Notes under the pieces: generated by a model | The model's input: the letters and a program-made list of their open reading frames with translations, nothing else | The model's database searches: none | What the model was told of the DNA's origin: nothing | In this document: positions 25,916 through 38,899 of the stretch, one piece after another | Layout: each line of letters opens with the position of its first letter | Position numbering within the stretch: the stretch's first letter is position 1 | Translations under genes and position numbers: made by a program | Origin: Octopus vulgaris | Taxonomy: Eukaryota | Length of the DNA: 64,000 bases | Assembly: GCA_951406725.2 (NCBI GenBank) | Contig: OX597829.1 | Location: 21,948,001 to 22,012,000, forward strand | Direction: 5' to 3'

Positions 25916-27073
25916 GGGGTTGGACAAAATAAAGGAAACACCTTAAAATTTCAAACAGATTTATTTTAATACAGAGTAGGACCACCTTTATCAGTAATTA
26001 CAGTTTGAATTCTATGAGGTATGGATTCATACGAAGTTTGAATTGTTTCCAAAGGAATTTTTGTCCATTCTTCAGCTAAAACAGTCTCCAGTTCTAGGAG
26101 TGATGATGGTGGAGGATATTGACTCCTTACTTGTGCCATTCAGTAACAATTTTAGCTGTGTGAATTGGTGCATTATCATCCTGAAAGATTGTGTTTCCCT
26201 CTGGAAACAGTTCTACAATCATAGGATGAATTTCATCAGATAAAATGCTTAAATAGTCTTCACTATTAATTCTGCCACGAAAGGAAACCATTGGGCTGGT
26301 GGATTTCCAAGATATAGTCCCCCCAGATCATCACAGATCCTCTTCCATGTTTAACAGTTGGAAGAAGGCAGTTGGGGTCAAATGTTCCTTTTGGCTGTCT
26401 CCACACGTATACTCGGCTGGTGGTTAGAAATAAGGTAAAGGATGGCTCATCTGCGAAAATAATATTCTTCCACTGCTCTAGGGACCAATTCTGTAGGTTT
26501 TACTCCGCTCTAAACACTTTGCAACATTTATTTTTGAAAGTAGTGGTTTTCTGATTGTAGTCCTCCTGTGAAATCTGGCTTTGTGCATCTCCTGGTGAAC
26601 AGTTTTTGTGGAAACTGGGTTCTTGAGGTGGTCATTAAGCTCTGCAGTAATTTTGGGAACTGTATTTTTGTCATCCTTTCTAACAATTTGTGCAAGAATC
26701 TGATGGTTGCTATCTGATAGTTTTGGTTTTCTTCATGAGTTTTGTTTCGATACAGAGGTTTTTCCTTCTTTCTCGAAGGCTGCCATTACTCTCGAGACAG
26801 TACTCCTTGATACACCAAATATTTTGGCTGTTTTCGTTACACTAGTGCCTGCCATACGAACACCAACAATTTGATGTCTTTGACAGTCCAATAGATCTGT
26901 CGTTTTAATGAATTTTAATTACCTTTTTCTGATGATATATGAAAAGAAACACCAATTTTGGCAAAACATATTAGGCAACACTAATAATAAATCAAAAACA
27001 TAAAAATAAACAAGCTTTTGATGGTTTTTATAGATATGATGCTAGGTGTTTCCATTATTTTGTCCAACCCCTG
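25914..27073 (-). mobile_element. Tc1-like transposon, second copy of the 1124-2396 family, internally deleted
   Basis: TIRs caggggttggacaaaataaaggaaacacc / ggtgtttccattattttgtccaacccctg-TA. Colinear with copy 1 apart from a 94-bp deletion removing the catalytic E region. Confidence 0.9.
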
Positions 27074-27642
27074 TATATATACAAATATATATAATTGTAT
27101 ATAATTGCGTGTGTACATATATATGACTATGATAAAAGAAAGAATTATATGTAATGTCTACGTGTGTGTGTGTGTGCGTGCGTATAGAGCTATGCAGTGA
27201 AAAACTATGAAAGACACTAAATGATGTGGAGCACTAAATATTTGATTTATTTAGCTGGGATTATGACAATGTCTGTTAACATTGAGTGCCAAGACTTCAG
27301 CAGTTTGACGTTTTCTGTTCAAATGAACACTATTTATTTGAATTCATCATCACAGGTGACAGCTGGCATGGCGATGTGTGTGTGTGTGTTGTATGAGTAT
27401 GTGTGGGAGAGAGAGAGAGAGAAAGAGAGTGTGTGTGTGTGTGTGTGTGTGCATTTGTATGCCTGTGTAAGTACATCTGTGAACATGCATTTGTGTGTTT
27501 GTGATTGTGTGTACATGCCTGTGTGAGAGCATGTGTTTGTGTGTACCTTCCTGTGTTTGTGTATAATCCATTGAATGCTACATGGACAAATTGAAAGACT
27601 CCTTAAATCATCTGACAGAATGCCTTGTGGTACTTGTTTCAA

Positions 27643-28040
27643 CTACGAGCAGTCTCACCTGGCATTGCTCGGGTTTGTTTCAACCCTTTAGAATTGGAAT
27701 TTTTGAAAAGTAAAAATTTCGCATTATGTAGCTTGTTATTCTCTTTAAGTGAACATTTTTCAGGTTGAAATACGCCGAAAAATGGTGACACAGTGGTCAA
27801 AAAATCATAAAATATAGGGATTTTCATAGAAAAAAAAGCAACCTTTTTGATGTAAATAATTTTTGGTGTTAACATAGTCCGATTTGAATTTTTTCTTCTA
27901 CGGAAGGAAGAGCAAGCCTTCTTCTATCATACTCTCAATTTTGGTCAACTTGCACCACAGGGTCTCAGAGGAGATAGTGTTAGTTGAAGGCTACCAAACC
28001 TGCCATACACAGACAACTTCAGCTTTATATATATAGAGAT
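27643..28040. mobile_element. Non-autonomous Helitron/Helentron-like element
   Basis: Begins acta...cacctggcattgctcggg (short hairpin) and ends ctttatatatatagagat, a pattern typical of such elements. Confidence 0.4.
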
Positions 28041-28483
28041 TTATGTTCTGAGCTCAAATCTTGTCATGGTCAAATTTGCCTTTTACCTTTCAAGGTTGAT
28101 AAAAAAAGTACCAATTCAGAGACTTTGGATTAGTAGAACTGTAAGAAAATCAGACCAGATACCTTGTTAGTTGTTCCTTTGGTGGTAGACTTAATCCATT
28201 GCTCTATTTAACAACACCACCCGGACCCCTTTGGTAGCTTAAGAGGAGTCCACTCTGTTGCAAGCAAACTAGATCGATGATTTAAGGATATCTTCCTCAC
28301 TCCTATCAGTCACAGAGGATTTTTAACAGGGGCCCTGCCTTCCCACTTGACTAATCGCCCTCATCATTTCGCATGTGTTTTCCATGACTGGACAATTTGA
28401 CAGGAACTGGCAAGCCAGAAGGTTGAACCAGACTCCAGTTGTTTGCTTTGGCATGGTGTCTGTGGCTGGATGCCCTTCTTAAT

Positions 28484-28716
28484 ACCTATTTCTTTACCAC
28501 CCTCAAGGGGCTAAACACAGAGAGGACAAACAAGGACAGACATAGGTATTAAGCCGATTACATCGACCCCAGTGCGTAACTGGTACTTAATTTATCGACC
28601 CCGAAAGGATGAAAGGCAAAGTCGACCTCGGCGGAATTTGAACTCACAACGTAACGCAGACGAAATACCGCTAAGCATTTCGCCCGGCATGCTTACGTTT
28701 CTGCCAGCTCGCCGCC
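28484..28716 (-). mobile_element. SINE family A nested in an RTE 3' UTR
   Basis: Near-TSD ttcttaatacc / ttcctaatacc, and the host sequence resumes after the insertion. Confidence 0.85.
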
Positions 28717-28808
28717 TTCCTAATACCAACTACTTAACAGAATATACTGGGAGCTCTTTATATAGTGACAGCTTGGGTGCTTTTTTATGTGACACCATTA
28801 CTAAAAGA

Positions 28809-29080
28809 TCATCATCATCATCATCATCGTTTAACGTCCGCTTTCCATGCTAGCATGGGTTGGACGGTTCAACTGGGGTCTGGCAAGCCCGAAGGCTACA
28901 CCAGGCCTGTCAGATCTGGCAGTGTTTCTACAGCTGGATGCCCTTCCTAACACCAACCACTCCGAGAGTGTAGTGGGTGATTTTATGTGCCACCGACACA
29001 GGTGCCAGATGAGGCTGGCAGACGGCCACGCTCGGATGGTGTTTTTTATGTGCCACCGACACAGGTGCCAGACGAGGCTG
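28809..29080 (-). mobile_element. RTE 3' UTR fragment
   Basis: (CAT)n-cgtttaacgtccgctttccatgctagcatgggttggacgg... Confidence 0.8.
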
Positions 29081-29394
29081 TACTAAAAGATAAAAGAAAA
29101 AAATATATTCATCTTCAATGGAGTTATTGTTAAATATAAAAACTGTGACAGTTAATCCGTAAAAAGTTGATGTTCTTGTCGGTGGTGATGATGGTGTTTT
29201 TACTTTTATGCAAGTCCTGACCAAGCAAATCTACAGTCAGGGCTAAAAGTTTGGAACATTGTTTTTTCAAAATTAAAATTGGTGTGCCCAAGTACAATTC
29301 GATTTAAATTTATATCTACAATGTATCTATTTGGGCATTCAATATAAAAAATTCTAATCTTCAGACCAAAATTTTTGGTCACAACTGTATGACT

Positions 29395-29660
29395 AAAAAA
29401 AAAAAAATAGATGCGCCCTTTTAAAGCCTAACCAGGCTCATGGGCCTGGTTTCCTGGTTTCTATGACGTATGTGTTCCCCAGCTGGACAGGACGCCAGTC
29501 CATTGCAGCGTTACTCATTTTTGCCAGCTGAGTGGACTGAAGCAACATACAATGAAGTGTTTTGCTCAAGAACACAACGCGTCGCCCAGTCCAGGAATCG
29601 AAACCACAATCTTACAATCATGGTGCAGACACCCTAACCACTAAGCCATGTACCTCCACC
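29395..29660 (-). mobile_element. tRNA-derived CORE-like SINE (family E; relatives at 60590-60826 on - and 63100-63395 on +)
   Basis: Minus strand has A-box TGGCTTAGTGG, B-box GGTTTCGATTCC and tgttcttgagcaaaacacttc...gtccactcagctggcaaaaatgag. Confidence 0.75.
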
Positions 29661-30659
29661 TTTATGGCTAAAGGTCCAGGATTATTCACAATGTATACAG
29701 GACCATGTTCTTCCGTTCTTTATAATACAGTATATGATTTGGAAGAGATTTAGCTGCTATTTCTAATAGATTACGGCTCCCTCATTGGCTTTTCTGGCTG
29801 CTGTTGTTGTTTAGCCCCAGGTCAGCCCAGACTGGACGGACCTATAATCAAAGGTATCACCCAGCCATGACTATCCTGACCTTTTTACAGGTACTGTATA
29901 TCTAGGATCTCATGGTAGAGGTATAAATTTGAGGCCAGTTTGCCTGCTATTTCTGAATATAAGATAGCTGGACTATGAGACGCAGTTTAGTGTACCAGGC
30001 AAAGCTGTTTCAACAGTTATGTAAGTGCTGCACAAACAGACAGTAATTCAGACAGAAAGTCATTTTAAGTAGTAGCAAGATATATTTGTGTGTGCATGTG
30101 TGTATTGGTGTGTGTGTGTGCATGTGTATATATGAGTGTGTATGTGTATGTGGGGGTGTATGTGTGTGTGTGCATGTGTTTGTGTGTGCATATGTATGTG
30201 TGTATGCGTGTGTATGAGTGTGTATGTGTATGTAGGGGGGTGTGTGTGTGTGCGTGCATGTGTTTGTGTGTGCATATGTATGTGTATGCGTGTGTGTATG
30301 AGTGTGTATGTGTATGTGGGGGGGTGCATGTGTTTGTGTGCGCATATGTATGTGTGTATGCGTGTGTGTATGTGTGTGTGTGTATGAGTGTGTATGTGTA
30401 TGTGGGGGTGTATGTGTGCGTGCATGTGTTTGTGTGTGTATATGTATGTGTGTATGCATGTGTGTATGTGTGTGGTTTTGTGTTTGCGTGTGTGCACATG
30501 CATGTGTATATGCATATATGTGTGTGTTTGAACTTCTCTTTAAATATGTGTTCTAATGTATGAATATAGACAGTACCTTATTGACCTTGGAAGAATGGAA
30601 GTCACCCTCAGTAGGATTTGAACTCAGAACACGAAGTGCAACAACAACAATAATAATCC

Positions 30660-31905
30660 TTTCTACTTTCTCTTTTATTCTCTTATACTTGTTTCAGTCA
30701 TTTGACTGTGGCCATGCTGGAGCACTGCCTTTAGTCGAGCAAATCGACCTCAGGACTTAATCATTGTAAGCCTAGTAGGATCTTTTCCTTTTGAACGACA
30801 CTTTTCAACACAATTTCTAGTTAACTAAACACTTTTAAACTTCGTATACTGGTAGAATGTGTTTATAAAACATCATTTTTTCTTGGCTGTATTGAGAAAA
30901 TTCTATAGGTTGTAACATATTTCGTTTTTAATTTCGAGCATTTTGACAATTTTAACTAATTGCTGGAGTCCATTTAGGTAAATAACATTCTGTGCATAAT
31001 GAATATGTTCCTCCTTTAAGAAACAGATTGGGTTTATTTACATTTGTGAAGAAAAAAATATCCTTCCCCCACCCCTAACCTTAACTCTAACTCTAACCCT
31101 AACTAACCCTAACTCTCACCCTAAATCTAAAATAGATTGAAATGCAATAGATCAATACTCGGGCCATAATTATGGGTGACAATTTTATACGACACCGCTA
31201 CGGAAAATGGGATTTTTTTCTAGTGGTGTCAAATGAAAATGTCACCCATAATTATGGCCCTAGTATCGATCTATTGCATTTCAATCTATTTTAGATTTAG
31301 GGTTAGGGTTAGTTAGGGTTGGGGAAGGGTATTTTTTTTTCTTCACAAATGTAAACCCAATCTGTTTCTTAAATGAGGGACATATTCATACAGCACTGGA
31401 GGTAATTGATTGGTTAAAATTGCCGAAATGCTTGAAATTAAAGACAAAATATCTTACAACCTATAGAATTTTCTCAATAAAGCCAAGAAAAAATGATGTT
31501 TTATAAACACATTCTACCAGTATACGAAGTTTAAAAGTGTTTAGTTAACTAGAAATTATGTTACAAAGTGCCATTCAAAAGGAAAAGATCCTACTAGTAC
31601 TTATTCTATCGGTCTCTTTTGCCGAACCGCTAAGTTACCGGGATGTCAAGCAATGTTGGGGGTGGAAAACACAGACACACAAACATATCCACACACACAC
31701 ACACATATATATATACATACACACACACACACATATATATACGACAAGCTTCTTTCAGTTTTCATCTACCAAATCCACTCACAAGTCTTTGGTCCGCCTG
31801 AGGCTATAGTAGAAGACACTTGCCCAAGGTGTCCCGCAGTGGGACTGAACCCAGAACCATGTGGTTCGTAAGCAAGCTACTTACCACACAGCTACTCCTA
31901 TGCCT
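30660..31905 (-). mobile_element. SINE family B interrupted by a foldback element
   Basis: Tail at 30660-30775, with body and head at 31594-31905. Confidence 0.8.
30776..31593. mobile_element. 818-bp foldback DNA element with CTAG TSD and internal telomere-like repeats
   Basis: About 400-bp inverted arms (taggatcttttcc...ggaaaagatccta). CTAG is duplicated at 30772-30775 and 31594-31597 relative to the intact SINE sequence gcCTAGtactt. Confidence 0.85.
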
Positions 31906-32249
31906 ATAGGAACAGAATTTGAAGTTTTGGGGGAAGATGTAAATTGATTAAATCAACTCCAGTGCTCAACTGGTACTTATTTTATCAACCCCAGTAAGAA
32001 TAATGGCAAAGTCAACCTCAGTGCAATTTGAACTCAGAACTTAAAAGTCAGACTAACTGCTGCTAAGCATTTCGCCCAGCATGCTAACAATTCTACTTGC
32101 TTACCATGTTCTTAATAATGATGGTCACTCTTTGAAGTTAAAAAAAAAATAAGAAGCTGCATCTATTTGCGATGGATGCAGTAATGTGATTTCAGTCCAG
32201 GTATGGATTTTGCTATGAAGTCACAATGGGGACATTGATAATTTTGATT

Positions 32250-32700
32250 TTGCCTGGAATTGGACAAATGTGTCTAGTGATTGCAGGATATAATTCTTTT
32301 ATTGTTCTGTTTCTTCAACTCAAATTGTTCAAATGCATCATGTCACATTTTACACCATGCAGATTGATCAAGGCAATGACTTTCACAAGATGTCAAGTTA
32401 AGCTGTAGAGACTTTAGTGATTGCTTCAACTTATCCTTATACCTAAGGAGAGGTCTTTATTTGTTGTGATATCCCTAAGCCTTCTTAAAGCATAGAGATA
32501 TTGCCAGAAAAGTGTCAAAAGCTGCATACAAGGCAAGCCATTACGATTGGCTCAAGAGATAGAAGTGATATAGCAAGACTGAGCATTGAGCATGGTAGGA
32601 ACATCTGGCCCAGAGTCATATCATCTGACTCAATAAAGCTTATGCTGTCATGCAGCAGTTTTGTTGCCTAAATTAGCAGGTGGTCCGAAGGAGTTCTAGT
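32250..32700 (-). mobile_element. Old BovB-like RTE 3' fragment
   Basis: Minus-strand translation RPLLRYKDKLKQSLKSLQLNLTSCESHCLDQSAW parallels RPFLHYKDVCKRDM...WEAVASNRGDW at about 53265. Confidence 0.55.
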
Positions 32701-34066
32701 GTTGCAGTGGAAGGGGCTGAAACACCTACAGAGCTGTTTCATCACCTGATGAAATATCAACTCGTGCATTCAGAGATGGAACACAGCAGCAACTTCAACA
32801 AATAAATGTTTATTTTAAAATGTTAATTAAATATCAACACTTGATGTACAATTTGCTAAATTTCTTTAAGCCATCTGTGATATCAACTAAACCTCTCTCT
32901 CCTTAAAATCATTGTTCTTGTGCTTAGATTAGAAACTTTTAAAATTATACAAACAAAGGAGAACCTATTGTGCCATTATTTTTTTCTTTTTTCTCATTCA
33001 GTAAAAGTGTCCAAGTACCACCATTGCCTGAAGACTCAGCCAATGTACCAGGAAGTATTGACCAGAATCAGTTCGAGTAAGAAAAAGAAAACTGTTCAGT
33101 AAATTTAACATAATTGTTTAATGTTCATCAATTATTCGAAAAAAAATTTTTTTTTTACATATATATATATATATAAAATTAGTCAATGGATAAAGGCAAT
33201 GTCTGTGAATTGTGGAAGTTTTATTCTGAAGCCACTGAGATATTTTCAATTGCTCTGCTGGGTTGGAACAGTAAGAAGCTACATTACATTTAGTTAGTTA
33301 GTTAGTTAATTTTTGGGCTCAAAAAGTAAAAAGCAAGGCCATGTAGGGGGACATGGAGTTATGTATAGGGTGGTGTTCATGTAAAGAGTTCAGGATGTAA
33401 ATGATGGTGAGAGTGGATAGACATGAAATAGAAAACTTGAGATGAGGTTTGTTGAGTGCATACAATCTAAAGTTGGAAATGAGGTACGCAAAAAACATAA
33501 TAACATTTCTTCTAGTGGGAGTCTTGCTTAGAGAGTCACCTAGGCTGAGGTATTGAGGACAGGAGAACTCTCCAATTTGGGAAGCAGGGAACCTTGCATC
33601 CTATGCAATGCACAGAGGCAGTAGTCTTGCAGATGTTGCAGTGGTGAATAACTTTTTCCCTATGTATTATGGGAAGTGATGCTATGCTGCCTGCACAGCT
33701 CTGGATAAACAACTTGGGGCTTGTGGAATGGGGAGGTTAAATGGCTTCAGATGTGTGATAAATGTGAAGTGAGGTGCCTAGGAGGAGGATATCATTCACA
33801 CACTTGTCTCAGATGAGTCAAAATTGAAACATTTTCTATAATGAATAACCAGCTTTAAGCTTTTTAACTGTTTAGCATTCAGATTATACTGTCAAATGTA
33901 ATGTTTGTTTATTCATATTATTCATATTGCTTTGAATTATCATGCATTATCTCATAGCTTCAAGATTTCAATGACATGATCGTTTAGTTTTAAAATGACA
34001 TTATAGGGTTAAGGCGAGAGGCCAGATCTGGCCTATTTCAGCATAAAACATGCTAAATATCCTGTT

Positions 34067-34331
34067 GTGTCTGGGGAGAGTCATTTTCTTTTTGTGCCTT
34101 ATTATATAACACACTCACCGGTAAAATTTCCACTTTTTTCTTATTTTTATTTTCCTAAAATTTTCGTTGCGTCTCGCAACCTTTTCAAGAGTCAAGACTA
34201 TTGAAAGGGTTGCAAGACGCAACAAAAACTTTAAGAAAATAAAAATAAGATATAAGTGGAAATTTTACCGGTGAGTGTGTTATATAATAAGGCACAAAAA
34301 GAAAATGACTCTCCCCAGACACAACAGGATA
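34067..34331. mobile_element. About 125-bp perfect-style hairpin (inverted duplication) carrying a U3-A8 hammerhead variant in each arm
   Basis: atatcctgttgtgtctgggg...ccccagacacaacaggatat. The left arm on minus reads UUGAAAA-GGUUGC(GAGAC)GCAAC-GAAA-AU-UU-UAG. Inserted in a piggyBac-like MITE. Confidence 0.65.
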
Positions 34332-34807
34332 TGCTTCAACACACAAACTCATATAAAGAATCTTGCAAACCAAATCCAAAAATCCAAAAACGAAACATGC
34401 TAAATAGTTTGGCCAGATGTGGTTGGTTTGGATGCAAAAGGGTTAAACAAGTTATATCCAGCAGAAATATTCTACCTGTTTTATACTGAAATCAACCAGA
34501 CCCAGATTCTCACAGCTACCTTGCAATGTCATCTTAAAAATAAACAGTTACATCATCAAAATCTCAAAGCTACGAAATAATGCATGAATTGTTCAAAACA
34601 AATTGAATATATGAGCATTACACATGACAGAGTAATCTGAATGTAAAAGGTTTAAACAGGATGACAGTTAACTGACTTCAAAATTAGAGTCCTGAGGTGA
34701 GTCATATGATAGGAAGATGTGAGGTGGCTCTTTATCACTTTTTTTTTTACAAATCTCAATCATTCCATTTTGATCATGACTGTGATCACTTGGTTAATTT
34801 AATGCCT

Positions 34808-34850
34808 TTAAACTGTTGTTTTATCTTTCAGCCAATCTGATGGAGGTACC
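34808..34850 (-). CDS. Candidate terminal exon (x)VPPSDWLKDKTTV*, gene unassigned
   Basis: Strong acceptor ttaacttttcattcaattcttcttttacag. Phase-compatible with the possible MZT2 donor at 55725, but no homology was recognised. Confidence 0.25.
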
Positions 34851-34949
34851 CTGTAAAAGAAGAATTGAATGAAAAGTTAATTCTATCGTTGTATATGTAG
34901 AAATAAATGTCGGCATCTCGGTTTTATAGATAGGTAGATAGTACAGCAT

Positions 34950-35830
34950 TAGTATAATATACATAGAGAGTACAGTTTTATTAACATTTACTTTAAAATA
35001 GTTAAACACTACAATTTTGGTAACGATTACATGAAAATACAGCATACACTATAGTTGCATTAACATAAAATTTACATCTAAACAATACTCTTTGTTAACA
35101 TATGGTAAAATACAGCTAAACACTATAGATTTTATTTACTTAATTAAATTCAGCTAAACATTTTATGTATCATTATCAGTGGTCAAAAACACAAACACTA
35201 TAGTTTTTAACATGTTATAATACATTGAAATACTATATTTTCCATTAACAATATGATAAAATAGTATAGTTTTCATTAACAAAATGTTAACACCAAGATT
35301 TTGTTAAAATCTTGCTAAACACCAAGATTTTGTTAAAATAATGATAAACGCCATACTTTTTAACATGTTAACATATAGCTAAATGCCATAGAGTTTAACG
35401 TGTTAACATGCAACTAAACACCATAGTTCTTTAACATATTAACATATGGTTAAACATCATAGTTTTTTAACATGTTAACATACAGCTAAACATCATAGGT
35501 TTTCATTAACATGATGTTAACATACAGCTAAACACTATAGTTATTAACAAAATGTAAACATGCTGCTAAACACCAAGATTTTGTTAACATAATGCTAAAC
35601 ACCATTGTTTTTAACATGTTAAAATATAGCTAAATACCATAGATTTTAACATGTTAACATACAGCAAAACATCATAGTTTTTTAACATGTTAACATACAG
35701 CTAAACACCACAAATGTTATTTATTAACATAATGCTAGCATATTGCTGAATACCCCAGTTTTTTTTTATTAATGAGTCAACATCCAACTAAACATATTTA
35801 TTAACATATAACTAAACACCGTAATTTTTG
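34950..35830. repeat. Degenerate minisatellite of about 33 bp
   Basis: Recurrent aacatgttaacatacagctaaacaccatagtttttt. Confidence 0.8.
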
Positions 35831-36949
35831 TTTTAAAAAAGGAAACCTTTGTATCTGGGTGACAGAACAATTCTCCTGAATAAGATTATAATTGTTTTGT
35901 GTGTCTACTTCTAGTTTCTGAAATTCATATATCTATTGCTTCAACTGGTCATTCTTCAGATGTTTTAGTTCAGTAGTAATAAGACACCTATTGACAATAG
36001 TTCAAACCAATCCTTGGTTAGTCATCTGAATTGCATTAACAAAATCTAAACCTAGACATTTTAGACATTTAATTCTCCCATGCTTAACAAAAATGCTGGT
36101 ATAAGAGCATTTGATGTTTAAATGATAAATTGCTAGGATCAAATTTCCCTATTTCTCCTGCAACAACAGTATTATTAACTGCAAGCGTTAGCAGTCTTTT
36201 TCTAAGTAAACCCTTGCTTTAGTGATTTTATAACACACAAAATAAACTTTTAGAATTCACTTTAATTCAGTTCATGAAGTGTCAAATTTTTCATCCACTT
36301 TAACCTGAGCACAGCGGAAATGTGTCAGTGACCAAGTCATGGTTGAGCAATGGAAATAGGAAAAATTTTGATTCTTCATGAAATAATAATTTAGCAATCT
36401 GTATATCTTACTTAACATGGCTATTCTTTAAGAATGCCAAAATACCACAGTGTTCTAGCACAGTGTTAAAAAGCAAAGAAATATATCAAAATGAGATGCT
36501 TTCTCAAGACGAATACTGCAGTATCATGGTGTTCTTACAGTACATCCACATCAAATAAGTAGGATATAGAGATTACTATTTGGTACTAACACTGCTTTGT
36601 TGCTAATAACTGAATGTTAGTTTCATTAAACATTTTTGTGTGCTATCAAATGGGTAGAATGGCCGTACTTCTATCATATAATTGCTATAACGATCTAGAT
36701 CAGTGGTTCTCAACTGGGGTCCATATAAAATTTTTGTGTTTGGTGGATGGGAGTGGGGGCATACCAGTAAAATAATAAACTGGGGATCCACATTAGTATT
36801 CTATTGGTCCATTAAAAAAACTTGCTTTAGATGTATTTAATGTAAGAAACAGCAAAGTTTCTTTCTCTGATGTTTTACATAGCTAAACCTACACATGTGA
36901 ACATGTGTAAAACAAAATAGGAATTTTGAAAGAAATATTTATAAAACTA

Positions 36950-37153
36950 CGGAGATGTACTTGCATAGCAAGTGATTTGATCTGAGATCATGTGCTGAAA
37001 CAAAAACAATTGCAGCATGGCAGGTGTTTGTAAGCCATTTAAGAAACACACAAAAGCCGTTTGATTCACTTCAACATTTAAGTTTAATTTGTCAAAATAT
37101 TTTCATCGCTTTAAGACCGCGACCTGTTCACTGACAAAAATCCATGCTGCATC
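36950..37153 (-). mobile_element. 204-bp hammerhead-containing retro-insertion
   Basis: 11-bp TSD ttataaaacta at 36939-36949 and 37154-37164, inside the hAT MITE. Confidence 0.75.
37088..37138 (-). ncRNA. Minimal hammerhead ribozyme, G3-C8 variant
   Basis: UUUGUCA-GUGAACA-GGUCGC(GGUCUUAAA)GCGAU-GAAA-AUAU-UU-UGACAAA. Stem I is 7 bp, stem II is 5 bp and stem III is the palindrome AAUAUU. Confidence 0.75.
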
Positions 37154-37769
37154 TTATAAAACTAGTTTTTAAACATCGAATGACTATGGGTCCACTAGAA
37201 TAAAATAGTAATCAAGGGGGTCCATAGATTAAAAAAAATGGTTGAGAACCTCTGCTTTAGATGTATGTATTGGTATGTATTGCAAGAAACAAGTAGGTTT
37301 CTTTCCCTGATATTTTACATGATTCAACCAACACAAGTAAAATAGGAATCTTGAAAGAAGCTTCCATAAAACTAGTTTTTAAAACATTGAATGGTTATGA
37401 GGGTCCACCAGAATAAAATAATCAAAGGGGTCCATAGGTGAAAAAATGGCTGGGAACCACTGATCTAGATTAATTACAATAAAGATTTTTTTTTTTAAAA
37501 AAAGAAGGAAAAGTGAGTAAGAACTAATAAAAAGCTGTTCAATTTACAGCTTTCCTTTGGTAATGTGTTAGTCTGTCTTTGCCATAGGATTTGGAAGCTC
37601 AGTCAAGGAGGATTCACTGAGAGTAAGACTATAAACAATTTGCAGTTAATATTTTCTTTTGCTGCATGTAGAATTAGAGATATTTGATCCAAGGATTTTA
37701 TTTCTCGAGATATTCAATATTCTTACGCAAGTACAACTCTGAAATAGATCTTTGTGGTTGGCCAACATG

Positions 37770-38255
37770 TTTAGACACCAGTGGTTGCTAGGCGATGCCT
37801 GCATGTTTATAAAACCAGTTTTTGCCAAGTGGTGTCTACATGTCTACAAACCAATAATTGCTAGGTAGTGTCTACATATATGTACATACACTTGTGGTTG
37901 CTAGGTGGTGTCTACATGTTTATACAACCAGTGGCTGCCAAGTGGTGCCTACATGTCTACACACCTGTAGTTACTAGACAGTGTCTACATGTTTATACTT
38001 CAGTGGCTGCCAAGTGGAGTTTACATGTTTATATAGCAGTGGCTGCTAGGTAGCATCTGTATGTATATACACCAGTAGTTGCTAGATGGTGTCTACATGT
38101 TTATACAACCAGGTTGCCAAGTGGTGTCAACATGTTTACACATCTGTAGTGGTTAGGCAGTGTCTACATGTTTATACATCAGTGGCTTCCAAGTGGGGTC
38201 TACACATTTATACACCAGTGGCTGCTAGGTCATGTCTACATGTTTATGCACCAAT
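37770..38255. repeat. Degenerate minisatellite of about 38 bp
   Basis: Recurrent gtggtgtctacatgtttatacaccagtggctgctag. Confidence 0.85.
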
Positions 38256-38899
38256 TTAATATCACAGCGTAGTCCTTGAGTGCCTTTAGCAAAGTTCACC
38301 AGATTACAAACATTTAAACCAGGATCTATATTTATCATGCAGATTTTGAGATACACATGTTCAAGTCAGGCAACAGCCACATATGTCTCATTCTCTGTGC
38401 TTGGAAACAGGGGGTTGCAGGGAGAGCAAGTTCACACCCTAGAATTTTTATGGGGTGCAAAATCAAAATTTGCAACCCTACTTACTTTTCTCAGGTTTAG
38501 AAAACAGTGAATAAAAAGTGTTCTGTTAGAAGCAGCTCAATGTTAGGTTTCTTCACAAAGAACACAGAACAGAAATAAATACAAAAAACAAGACTTTGTA
38601 AAAATTTTTGGACCTGGGTTGGCATACCCTAAGCAAATCTTGTTCCTAAGCCAGTGAGCAAACATCAAGATTTCTTCCTCTCTGGCCCTATCTAATGTAT
38701 TTCTTTAAATTCTTAGCCCCTACTCTACATTGTTAAACCAATGATTGGAGTAGTATTTTAATTAACTTTACATTATATTAGACAAGCAATAAAAGTCAAA
38801 ACAGAAACCTTAATTTCAAAATTGAATAAAATCTAATTATAATATTTTAATTACATTAACAAGATTGATACACTGATCACCCACTTACAACTGTTTATT

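Larger units (their letters stand above)
36701..37462. mobile_element. hAT (Charlie-like) MITE with internal duplication
   Basis: TIRs cagtggttctcaac / ctgggaaccactg, with 8-bp TSD atctagat. Confidence 0.85.

Noticed and set aside
31073-31321. Interstitial telomere or chromosome fusion site
   Set aside because: Short degenerate runs placed symmetrically inside the arms of a TSD-flanked foldback element.
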